Shown one piece after another: positions 1-8,000 of a stretch of DNA of 12,384 bases. Source of the stretch: Thermoplasmatota archaeon (GTDB taxonomy: Archaea; Thermoplasmatota; Penumbrarchaeia; Penumbrarchaeales; Penumbrarchaeaceae); the NCBI GenBank assembly GCA_965234725.1, contig CBDDUX010000076.1, forward strand, positions 1 through 12,384, in the 5' to 3' direction. The notes beneath the pieces were generated by a model, which saw nothing but the letters and a program-made list of their open reading frames with translations, did no database searches and was not told where the DNA came from. Made by a program: the position numbers and the translations under genes. Positions within the stretch are counted from its first letter, which is position 1, and each line of letters starts with the position of its first letter.

Positions 1-60
1 TCCAAGCATGTGGAGTTATGAAATTAGATCCGTCCTAAATTGGGAGATGAATCACAAATT

Positions 61-354
61 CTAACCTTCCAGGACCCTCTCGAACTGCAACCTGCTTGGA
101 GGCAGATCGAAATAATCCTTCAATTCTTCCATCAGGAGGGCGTATGCTCCGCTTTCCTCGAATCGACTGGCATTGTCACTGGTCTGCCAGTAACCTATAT
201 CCATTGCCTTTCCGGTTCTCCTATCTGCGAACATCTCTGCTTTGATGAAGCCTGGATGCCTTTTTGCTTCCGGCAGGACCTTTTCTCTCCATTCAAAAAG
301 TGCTTCATCGATCTTATCAGGTTTGAATTTGTACAATATCACACCAACATACAT
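61..354 (-). CDS. ABM (antibiotic biosynthesis monooxygenase)-like dimeric alpha/beta-barrel protein, 97 aa
   Basis: Size and motif pattern (YKFKPDKIDE...VLPEAKRHPGF...YWQTSDNASRF) typical of ABM-family barrels; SD-like GGGGGT 5 nt before the ATG. Confidence 0.75.
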   Translation of the reverse strand: MYVGVILYKFKPDKIDEALFEWREKVLPEAKRHPGFIKAEMFADRRTGKAMDIGYWQTSDNASRFEESGAYALLMEELKDYFDLPPSRLQFERVLEG

Positions 355-448
355 TTTTTACCCCCGTAATTGGGATATATGGATTTTATTGATATTAATT
401 CTTTCACCGATCTTCAATTATTTCAACATCGATCCATCCATTTGATCT

Positions 449-1678
449 TCATATATGATCAGGTCCTCTCTGATTTACCATCACCTTGATCAGGACCACT
501 GCAGTATGCTGGACATTGTCTATCCTGATGGTCAGGTCCTCAGTTGTGTTCGGCACTCCTCCCACTGCCATATCAGGATCAGGGAGTGATCTGGCATCCT
601 CTTCGTCTATCTGGAGCCTCATCAAAAAACCGGCGCAAAGGTCCATAGAGGTCCGGTACCTTGAGGCCTGGATCGTGTCATCTGCTCTGAATGCCATCAG
701 ATAGGAATCGCAAACGGACTCGATCCTGCTTGCAGTGGAGGACCTCGCATTCAAGGAGAAAGCTCCGATAAAGAAGGGATCGCTCGTGGTAGTTGTTCCT
801 ATCTGTCCTCTCTTACAGGCATCGGCCATTGCATAACCCTTCCCCTTCAGTTCCTCATCTCCTTCGATCGAATGGAGGTATGCAATTGCCTCTGTGGCCC
901 ATGGTGAATAAGCTGTGTACCTATCCGGGAAATAGTCATTGTAGTATGCCAGACCGGATCTGAGTGTATCCAGGACCTCAGTATCATTTGTCATTTGATG
1001 GTATTTCGAAAGGGCCAGGAGAGCTTCTCCCGGGTAATAGTCCGAATGTTTCTCCTCATCACCACCGTAATAGCATTGAAGACTGCCATTGTCCTTTCTC
1101 ATCTCCACAATGAAGTTCTTCAATCCTTCGAGCTCCCTTTCATATCCAGCATCAGGGTTGACAGACTTCACTTCGATCAATGCCAGTAGGGAAAGGGCAG
1201 GTCCACCCAATCTAGTAATTGTTCCTGATCTCACGATGGCAATTTCTCTTCCACCCCTTTTCTCGAAATCAAGATATCTGGAAAATAGATTGTTCAATGT
1301 CCTGATCGTCCCGTTATAATGGTCCGGATCCCTTCCGTATTTGAAGATAAGTGCAAGTGAATACGTGGTCCCTGCATGTCTGAGAACATTGTATCCGCCG
1401 TTGCTCTTTCCTGAGGAAGCATTGAACTCATAGTCCCAGCTCCCATCCTTGACGATATGTTGGAGTAGATAATCCCCGGCAAGTAACACAGAATCCATTA
1501 TTGTGGTGTTCAAGCCCTCATCATCCGGGAAATTGAACTCTGAGATGTCCCCTGCTGGAAAATAGTCATAGTCCCTTAGGTCCTCCTTTCCGTATTCATT
1601 GATAAAATAGTAGGCAAAAGCACCGTATCCTCCGATCAATAACAATAAAATGATCCAGAAGACTGTCCACTTCCTCAT
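449..1678 (-). CDS. Membrane-anchored alpha/alpha-toroid (six-hairpin glycosidase-like) protein of unknown function, 409 aa
   Basis: N-terminal hydrophobic anchor (WTVFWIILLLLIGGYGAFAYYFI); motifs YNVLRHAGTTYSL, YYPGEALLAL and IRIDNVQH that I recognise from a conserved helical-toroid family; TATA-like TTTTATCT at 1705-1698 suggests a leaderless transcript. Confidence 0.7.
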   Translation of the reverse strand: MRKWTVFWIILLLLIGGYGAFAYYFINEYGKEDLRDYDYFPAGDISEFNFPDDEGLNTTIMDSVLLAGDYLLQHIVKDGSWDYEFNASSGKSNGGYNVLRHAGTTYSLALIFKYGRDPDHYNGTIRTLNNLFSRYLDFEKRGGREIAIVRSGTITRLGGPALSLLALIEVKSVNPDAGYERELEGLKNFIVEMRKDNGSLQCYYGGDEEKHSDYYPGEALLALSKYHQMTNDTEVLDTLRSGLAYYNDYFPDRYTAYSPWATEAIAYLHSIEGDEELKGKGYAMADACKRGQIGTTTTSDPFFIGAFSLNARSSTASRIESVCDSYLMAFRADDTIQASRYRTSMDLCAGFLMRLQIDEEDARSLPDPDMAVGGVPNTTEDLTIRIDNVQHTAVVLIKVMVNQRGPDHI

Positions 1679-1723
1679 GTATGGTCCATTGTAATTTAGA
1701 TAAAAGCCTTTTCGGGACAGACG

Positions 1724-2620
1724 CTAGACATCCATGGGGTCCATATGGACATGAACAAATGTTCCTTCCCCGAATTCCTTGATCAGTCTTCTTTCAACCT
1801 CCAGAGAGATATCATGTGCTTTGCAGAGCTGGAGGTCTCCCGGTGCTTTGATATGGATATCTATGGCGATTTCTGACCCTATCCTTCTGGTCCTCAGATT
1901 GTGTGGTTCCATGGCACCATCAACGGACTCTACGATGGACAAAATAGAATTTTCTGTCTCTTGGTCCAAAGAAGCCTCGGTCAGTTCCATCACCGCTTCC
2001 TTCAGAAGACCCCAGGCCACTGCGATTATCAATACACTGACCAACAATGCGGCCAAGGGATCCAATACCGTCCATTTCCCTCCGAGGATGATAGCTCCTG
2101 AGACACCGATAAGGACAGCGATGGAGGACATGGAATCGGTCCTATGATGCCAGGCATTCGCTTCCATCGCCTTGGACCTCAACTTCCTGGCGGAACTCAT
2201 AGTGTACCTGTAGAGAGCTTCCTTTGATATGATAGAAAGAAGTGCTGCTCCCACAGCTATCCATCCGGGTCTCTGTGGGACCTCTCCATCCATGAACTCC
2301 CACAGTGAAGTAGCGGATGAATAGATGATCCCGGCTCCCACACCAAGCAGAAATAGACCGATGAAGGTGGTAACCAGGGTCTCGAACTTTCCATGGCCGA
2401 AATCATGGTCCTCATCCTTTGGTTTTCCTGCAACTTTAAGACCTAATATGACTGCAATATCGGTCGATATGTCTGAAAAGGAATGGACTCCGTCAGCTAT
2501 CATGGCACCGCTGTTTCCAAGTATCCCTGATGCGATCTTCACGAGTGTCAGGATAAGATTGACGGCCAATCCGATCCAGGTAACCTTCACTGCTTCTTTG
2601 GATCTATTTTCCTTTTGCAA
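1724..2620 (-). CDS. Cation diffusion facilitator (CDF, FieF/YiiP-like) divalent metal transporter
   Basis: CDF signatures SGAMIADGVHSFSD, HDFGHGKFE, ANAWHHRTD, LRTRRIG and AHDIS...VHVHMDP; six hydrophobic segments plus a C-terminal dimerisation domain. The ORF is open to the ATG at 2689, but TTG at 2620 is preferred: it is preceded by TTGATATC, as is the NYN start, and has TTTTATAT about 30 bp upstream. Confidence 0.93.
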   Translation of the reverse strand: MQKENRSKEAVKVTWIGLAVNLILTLVKIASGILGNSGAMIADGVHSFSDISTDIAVILGLKVAGKPKDEDHDFGHGKFETLVTTFIGLFLLGVGAGIIYSSATSLWEFMDGEVPQRPGWIAVGAALLSIISKEALYRYTMSSARKLRSKAMEANAWHHRTDSMSSIAVLIGVSGAIILGGKWTVLDPLAALLVSVLIIAVAWGLLKEAVMELTEASLDQETENSILSIVESVDGAMEPHNLRTRRIGSEIAIDIHIKAPGDLQLCKAHDISLEVERRLIKEFGEGTFVHVHMDPMDV

Positions 2621-2648
2621 GATATCAAAGAAATAATACGGAACCCCG

Positions 2649-2656
2649 ATATAAAA
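2649..2656 (-). promoter_or_regulatory. Putative archaeal TATA box for the CDF gene
   Basis: TTTTATAT on the minus strand about 30 bp upstream of the TTG at 2620. Confidence 0.4.
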
Positions 2657-2681
2657 TGTAACATGAATTAGATAGAAGGGA

Positions 2682-3599
2682 TCAACCATTCTTCTTCTTT
2701 CGGCTTCTTGTCAACAATCCAATTATTATCAGAAGGATCAGACCAAAAACAAGGAGGAACAAGGTAAATCCCATCATAAGATTCACAGCTTCTTCTTCTT
2801 TCTCTTTTACTATCAAGGTCAGGGGCACTTCATCCACATTGTTCACTCCTGGATGAGTGGTAGTGGCCCTGATGGTTACGAGACCCGAACCTTTAGCCCC
2901 ATCCTCGGCGATGATCTTGATATACAATCTTCTTGAAGATCCACCAGTCATTCCTATGAGGTCCTGGTCAGGGACCACTGTTATCCCCTTCATTTCGGTG
3001 ATGATCTCTATCTTTATCATATCCTCGGAATTTCCGAGGTTTCTTATCCAGAGGACCTCACTGGATTCTTTTCCTTCCTTTACGGTAACTGTATATCCCA
3101 TCTCGAGAGGAATGGAAAGGTCCACGGATCCATAGGGTAGTGCTTTGATCACGCAACTAGCGGGGTTGACCTCACCATCACCGTACCCTCTGTCATATTC
3201 CCAGATACCTCCTATCTGGAGGATCTGTTTGGAATTTGCATTGTAACCCTCCTCTACTATTACAATAAAGGTCAGGTCAGCTACCTCATCTGACCTTGTG
3301 AATTTGAACTCGGTTTCTCCATTGATATCGAAGAAGGCGATTTTTGGGATCAATACAACGGTGCATCCGGTTCCCTCTGATATCGACGAAGGTATCTTGC
3401 ACCAAAGCTTCCCTGTCACATAGGTCTCTCTATCGCTGACATCAGGTTCTACAGAGCAATCATATATTTCCTTGTCAAGTTCAATATAGATCTCTGGTAT
3501 TGCAAGGGGTCCTGATTGACCCCTTGAAATGGAGGGAAGGGATATTGATACAAATGATATCACCAGGATCAACACCAGGAGCTTTCCCTTCCATTCCAT
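2682..3599 (-). CDS. Secreted, C-terminally membrane-anchored beta-rich surface protein, choice-of-anchor T-like
   Basis: Signal peptide (MEWKGKLLVLILVISFVSISLP); Ig-like beta pattern with GGIWEY and IRNLGNSED; C-terminal TM helix followed by RSRKKK. ATG 3599 (GAGG upstream, TTTATAA at 3638-3632) preferred over ATG 3647. Family name is from recollection of similar Thermoplasmatota proteins. Confidence 0.7.
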   Translation of the reverse strand: MEWKGKLLVLILVISFVSISLPSISRGQSGPLAIPEIYIELDKEIYDCSVEPDVSDRETYVTGKLWCKIPSSISEGTGCTVVLIPKIAFFDINGETEFKFTRSDEVADLTFIVIVEEGYNANSKQILQIGGIWEYDRGYGDGEVNPASCVIKALPYGSVDLSIPLEMGYTVTVKEGKESSEVLWIRNLGNSEDMIKIEIITEMKGITVVPDQDLIGMTGGSSRRLYIKIIAEDGAKGSGLVTIRATTTHPGVNNVDEVPLTLIVKEKEEEAVNLMMGFTLFLLVFGLILLIIIGLLTRSRKKKNG

Positions 3600-3677
3600 C
3601 TTCTTCCTCAAGATGTTATTAACTGGAATAGTTATAAATGTGACCATAGGTCAATATTACTATTTTATCGCCTCTAT

Positions 3678-3742
3678 GCGCCGTGGACCTTATATGCAAC
3701 CTCTGCAATTGCTGCCAAAAACTACATGCAGAGGTAGCTAAG
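3678..3742 (+). repeat. Direct repeat A, copy 1 (65 bp): tRNA promoter region plus tRNA nt 1-15
   Basis: Identical to 3852-3916 (GCGCCGTGGACCTTATATG...GCAGAGGTAGCTAAG); continues degenerately (ATCGACCC vs CTCGGCCC). Confidence 0.97.
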
Positions 3743-3851
3743 ATCGACCCCAACCCTTTTCACTCCGTGCAAAGCGTTGACGGAATATGTCTGATCAAAT
3801 GCTTCGCATTTCATCCAACAAACGGCGCACAACCTCAAGCAAAGCTTTCGG

Positions 3852-3916
3852 GCGCCGTGGACCTTATATGCAACCTCTGCAATTGCTGCCAAAAACTACA
3901 TGCAGAGGTAGCTAAG
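3852..3916 (+). repeat. Direct repeat A, copy 2 (65 bp), overlapping the 5' end of the intact tRNA
   Basis: Identical to 3678-3742; offset 174 bp. Confidence 0.97.
3864..3869 (+). promoter_or_regulatory. Putative TATA box of tRNA-Ser (duplicated at 3690-3695)
   Basis: TTATAT about 35 bp upstream of tRNA nt 1. Confidence 0.55.
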
Positions 3917-3987
3917 CTCGGCCCACGGCGCCGGACTTGAAATCCGGTGGGCGCAAGCCCCCAGGGGTTCGAATCCCCTCCTCTGCG
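3902..3987 (+). tRNA. tRNA-Ser (anticodon UGA), intronless, CCA not encoded
   Basis: Acceptor stem GCAGAGG/CCTCTGC with discriminator G; D arm GCT...GGC; anticodon arm CCGGA-CTTGAAA-TCCGG (TGA at 3938-3940); long variable arm GGGC-GCAA-GCCC; T arm AGGGG-TTCGAAT-CCCCT. Confidence 0.98.
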
Positions 3988-4005
3988 CTTTTTATCCTAT
4001 TCATC
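3969..4005 (+). repeat. Direct repeat B, copy 1 (37 bp): last 19 nt of tRNA plus 18 nt trailer
   Basis: TCGAATCCCCTCCTCTGCGCTTTTTATCCTATTCATC, identical to 4149-4185. Confidence 0.97.
3989..3993 (+). terminator. Oligo-T terminator after tRNA-Ser (duplicated at 4169-4173)
   Basis: TTTTT immediately after the discriminator base, typical of archaeal tRNA genes. Confidence 0.5.
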
Positions 4006-4066
4006 TTAATCATTATTTCATCATTGAACAGGATGCAGAGGGTGGATCTGGGGTTCGAACCTTGGT

Positions 4067-4101
4067 CCTCGAAACATCACACCCATAACCATGTTTCGAG
4101 G
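4067..4101. repeat. Perfect 11-bp inverted repeat (hairpin, 13-nt loop)
   Basis: CCTCGAAACAT (4067-4077) and ATGTTTCGAGG (4091-4101). Confidence 0.9.
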
Positions 4102-4148
4102 TGCGCACTATTTCTGAACGACCATGGAGTGAAGTAATTGCTGCTGCA

Positions 4149-4185
4149 TCGAATCCCCTCCTCTGCGCTTTTTATCCTATTCATC
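4149..4185 (+). repeat. Direct repeat B, copy 2 (37 bp), attR-like tRNA 3' fragment
   Basis: Identical to 3969-4005; offset 180 bp; begins in the T loop. Confidence 0.97.
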
Positions 4186-4205
4186 AAAGAAAAAAAGATT
4201 GATAG

Positions 4206-4970
4206 GTGCCACATACACCAGAAATCAATATCAATGAAAATGACATTGGAACAACGATAATCGTGAATCATGGAATTAGAGCCATCATTGCCGGGATCTT
4301 CCTATTATTGTTCCTGGGAATTTTCACAACGCTAGTTCTGCAAGTAGCGATAGATCCAAAAGGAATAGGTCTGGAGGAATACACCGATTCCCTCAGAGAT
4401 GATATCTTAGGGAATGTCATACTGATATCTCCAGGGATCATCTCGATATTGATCGCACTTGTCCTCATAAATATTTGGACATCATACAACAAGATGAAGG
4501 ACCTTAGGTACAAGATGGCGTTCTATCTCTACCATTCAAAGGTCAACAGGGACGATATCATACCTCTGGATCATCTTGCAAGGGTTGCAGTATGTCGTTT
4601 GACAGAGATATGCGAAACCCTCGAGAGGATGATTATGAAAGGTGAGCTGAAGGGGATAGTGAACAGGAGCAAGGGAGTATACATTCACAAAGGACTTACA
4701 AAGAGGACGATGATGATCCTTCAGGCCCTTCCACCGGCAAAAACTGAAATGCTTTCCAATGTGAAGAGATGGGCCCTCAAGGGAGCCTCAGCATATGAAA
4801 ATGAGGAGGAACTGGAGGAATTGGAACCCATCGATATCGAAGAGCTGCCATCTGTTACCGAAGAGATCCACTCGATGAAGAAGGAGAAGAACATCCCATG
4901 CCCGGATTGTGGAAAGCACAACAGGCCTGGTGATCATTTCTGTACTTATTGCGGAGAAGTGATCGATTGA
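4206..4970 (+). CDS. Membrane protein with 2 TM helices, PCI-like winged-helix domain and C-terminal zinc ribbon, 254 aa
   Basis: GTG start; two hydrophobic helices; IPLDHLARVAVCRLTEICETLERMIMKGELKGIVNRSKGVYI resembles a PCI-type winged helix; acidic linker; CPDCG...FCTYCG zinc ribbon; T7 run at 4971-4977 after the stop. Confidence 0.75.
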   Translation: MPHTPEININENDIGTTIIVNHGIRAIIAGIFLLLFLGIFTTLVLQVAIDPKGIGLEEYTDSLRDDILGNVILISPGIISILIALVLINIWTSYNKMKDLRYKMAFYLYHSKVNRDDIIPLDHLARVAVCRLTEICETLERMIMKGELKGIVNRSKGVYIHKGLTKRTMMILQALPPAKTEMLSNVKRWALKGASAYENEEELEELEPIDIEELPSVTEEIHSMKKEKNIPCPDCGKHNRPGDHFCTYCGEVID

Positions 4971-5042
4971 TTTTTTTGGGGTTCAAACTAGAAGCGAACC
5001 GATAATATTATTTTGTAGGAAACACCAGTTAGGAAAGGTATT

Positions 5043-8000
5043 ATGAACGTCCGATCAGGCTCAGCTTGGGCAAGATCTAGAATAGTTACTGTGATATTGG
5101 CAGCCATTATGCTAGTTGTTATCGGACTCCCCTTTTTCCCCAATTCTGATCAAATTGATCCCATTTATCATGTTGCAGGTGATGTTTCCAATTCCGGAAT
5201 TCAAAGACTCGAGGATGTTGCAGACATACATGTAATAGGTATCGACAACCAGGGATCCAGGTCCGGATTGGGCTCATCCATGGGATTGAAGGACATTGAT
5301 GGAGACGGGATCGATGACCTTTATTTCGGATACGGACTCCTTCCCGGAAACAGCGGTTTAGTTGCATTCAAAGGGGGGGAAGAACATATCAAAGGCATCG
5401 TTGACCTCGAGGAAACCGATCCTGATCTATCTTACAATATCCAGCCATCGATGTGGTTGGATACTGGAGATATGGATGCTGACGGAGACCTGGACCTTGT
5501 ACTCGGAGGTTACCATGGATCTGGGATGATCTACAGAAGAGAGGGTGAGGACCTCCTTCCTGTTCAGAGCATTATGGCAGGAGGGCCTGATAATCCTCTG
5601 AACTATCAATATACGGACCATGTGATCATGGATGATCTGGACAATGATGGAAGGGATGAGGTTATTTCAGGATATTTCTATAACAACCCCAATACACGTA
5701 CTCCTCCACCGCACCAGGTGAATATCTTGTGGGGTACGGGAGAACGCACGACTCTCCAGAGAGGAAGATCATGGTTCTTCGGTTCTTCTATGGCGACAGG
5801 GGACATTGATGGTGATGGTAACAAGGATCTGGCGATCGGTGGCTACAACTGGTACGACCTGGACCGGAACATGGAACAGACGGGTTCAGTCCTGCTGTTC
5901 TTCAACATCTCCAGGTTGAAGGAAACAGCTACCTTCGATCCGAGGGAGGTTTCGGACTGCTGGATCCAGGGGAGCTCTGTTGAGGATTTCTTTGGATACT
6001 CCATCGAACTTAAAGACATCAACCGGGATGGAAAGGATGATATCATTGTAGGGTCCCCTGGTTCGGATGACCCGGTGACCAACGAATACAACACGGGGGC
6101 CATACATGTTTTCTACGGAGATGTCGAATCATCTTTCCCAAAGAACATGTATTCGAACGGTGGGGCAGACCAGATCATATACGGGTCCACTGGAAAGTAT
6201 GAAGGGGATCCTGATTATAACGGAGATAAAATAGGAAGGGTCTTCGAGGTAGCTGACATAGACGGGGATCTCGAGTATGAACTTGTTGTGGCCATCCCCG
6301 GAAAACATACTCCTGGAAATGAAATGCATGATGGTCTGAATGCCGGAGCTGTTACCATACATGAGACAAAGGATGCCTTCCCATCCGTTGGCGGATATGT
6401 CAAGCTCAGATATCCATCCAGAACCTTCACAGTGGAAGGAAATGATCCGATCGATAGTACCGGATGGCAAGTAGCAACTGGAGACATCAATGATGATAAC
6501 GTTTCGGACATCCTCATTTCCGTTCCAGGAGGGGATGGCATTGACAACTCAAGGGTCCAATGCGGAGAGGTTTTCCTTGTACTCGGGAACGCTTTGAGGG
6601 TGGAGGGCTTCAAGATCTCAGGAGAAGGATTTCTGGACGGTGTGATAATTCCTAGTGAGGGGACCATCTCTCTCAACACCACATTCAGCCATTCAAAAGG
6701 ACCTGACCTTGTCGAGGAAACGATCCTGACCCTGGACCCGGAGGGTGGCTCTATTGAACTCATCATGGACAAATCCGTTTGCAGAATTCAGAACGATCCC
6801 TGGGATTCGATCAAAATTGAGGATTTTTCCACAGGCCAGAAAGGATACATGGGCTGGATGAAATGCGAGCTCTCTGTCAGATTGAACATCCCCATCAAGG
6901 GACAATTCGATATTGGGATCGTACTGAGGGAGAAGAACGGTTCAAACATCACATACTTTGTAGATTCTCCAGCATCCGTATCCAAATCCCTGAAATGGGG
7001 GGGAGGACCTTCATTTTTTGTGGATGGTATCAGATCCGACCATGAAAATTCATGGATCAAGGAAGAAGCGATCGTTGATATCAAAGAGTTATCCATTCTG
7101 AACAAAGCTGGCGATATTCCATTTAGAAGGGGGGATGTGGGGATAATCTTGAAAAATGGTCAAGGTGAGGTTATAAGATCGACATTCAGGGAGGGCGTGG
7201 ACCTTTCTTTCGCCTCTGATGAACTGAAGCTTGGAGTTCCTTGGATCGAACCGGTCCTAAATGATATCACCTTCCCTCCAGGATATCCTGAGGAGCAACT
7301 TCCAGATCTTCCTAATTCATTTTCGATAGATCTGAGATTGGATGATGCTCCTCCCCTCCCACCTTCAGATCTGTTGATCTTCGGACCCACGGGGTCCTCT
7401 CCGGAACTGATCTCCCCCGGTGATGTCGATCTGCTTATCAATTCCACCTTTGAAGAGGAGATGGACCCGAACGGTTCGGGCTTGGACCGATTTGAGGTTT
7501 CCATCGATAGTGGTCCTTTTGAACCTGTAATGGAGGCAGGAGGACTCCTGGGAGTCTACTATAAAAGCAGACGTTTCACTGATCCCTGCTTTCAAAGGAT
7601 CGATGATGAGATCACATTCGATTGGGGGAAGTTCGGACCAGACCCCAATCTTGGGATACATTACAATGATTTTTCTGTTATGTGGAGGGGTTGGTTCAAA
7701 TCTCCATGGGATTTTCCCTTCAACTTCAGGTTGAATGGTTATGGAATGGCAAGATTGGAGGTGGATGGGCAAGAGATCATCCCCTGGTCAGAGATCTCCA
7801 AGACCAGGACCTCTACCACCCTCAATTTCGAAAAGGATACAATTCATGCCATTATGATCCAATTCAGGAACGATCCTGTACTTTTAGATACAGCGATCGA
7901 ACTGAAATGGCTGGAGGAGGACGGAAGGTTCTGGCCGGTAGGAAGTTCCAATCTGTTCAGCCCATCCAACAGGACCACCATCCACCCTGAAGAGGACCAA

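Noticed and set aside
2..64. Open plus-strand frame ending at TAA 62-64, possibly the tail of a convergent gene
   Set aside because: Only 20 codons are visible; cannot be supported from this window.
3683..3940. 85-aa Cys-rich ORF with an internal repeat (DLICNLCNCCQKLHAEVAK twice)
   Set aside because: The peptide repeat is a by-product of the 65-bp DNA duplication at an in-frame 174-bp offset, and the ORF runs through the tRNA promoter and gene.
3902..3987. Selenocysteine or suppressor tRNA
   Set aside because: The anticodon is UGA (reads UCA, Ser), not UCA; it has a normal 7/5 acceptor/T-stem geometry.
4136..4144. AATTGCTGC shared with repeat A (3881-3889)
   Set aside because: A single 9-mer with no extension; not distinguishable from chance.
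3678..4185. CRISPR array or true split tRNA
   Set aside because: There are only two copies of each of two different tRNA-derived repeats. The outer fragments lack the anticodon and variable arms, and an intact gene is present.
3529..4271. Short ORFs 3529-3741, 3937-4137 and 4077-4271
   Set aside because: They overlap the tRNA, repeats or real genes and have no recognisable protein features.
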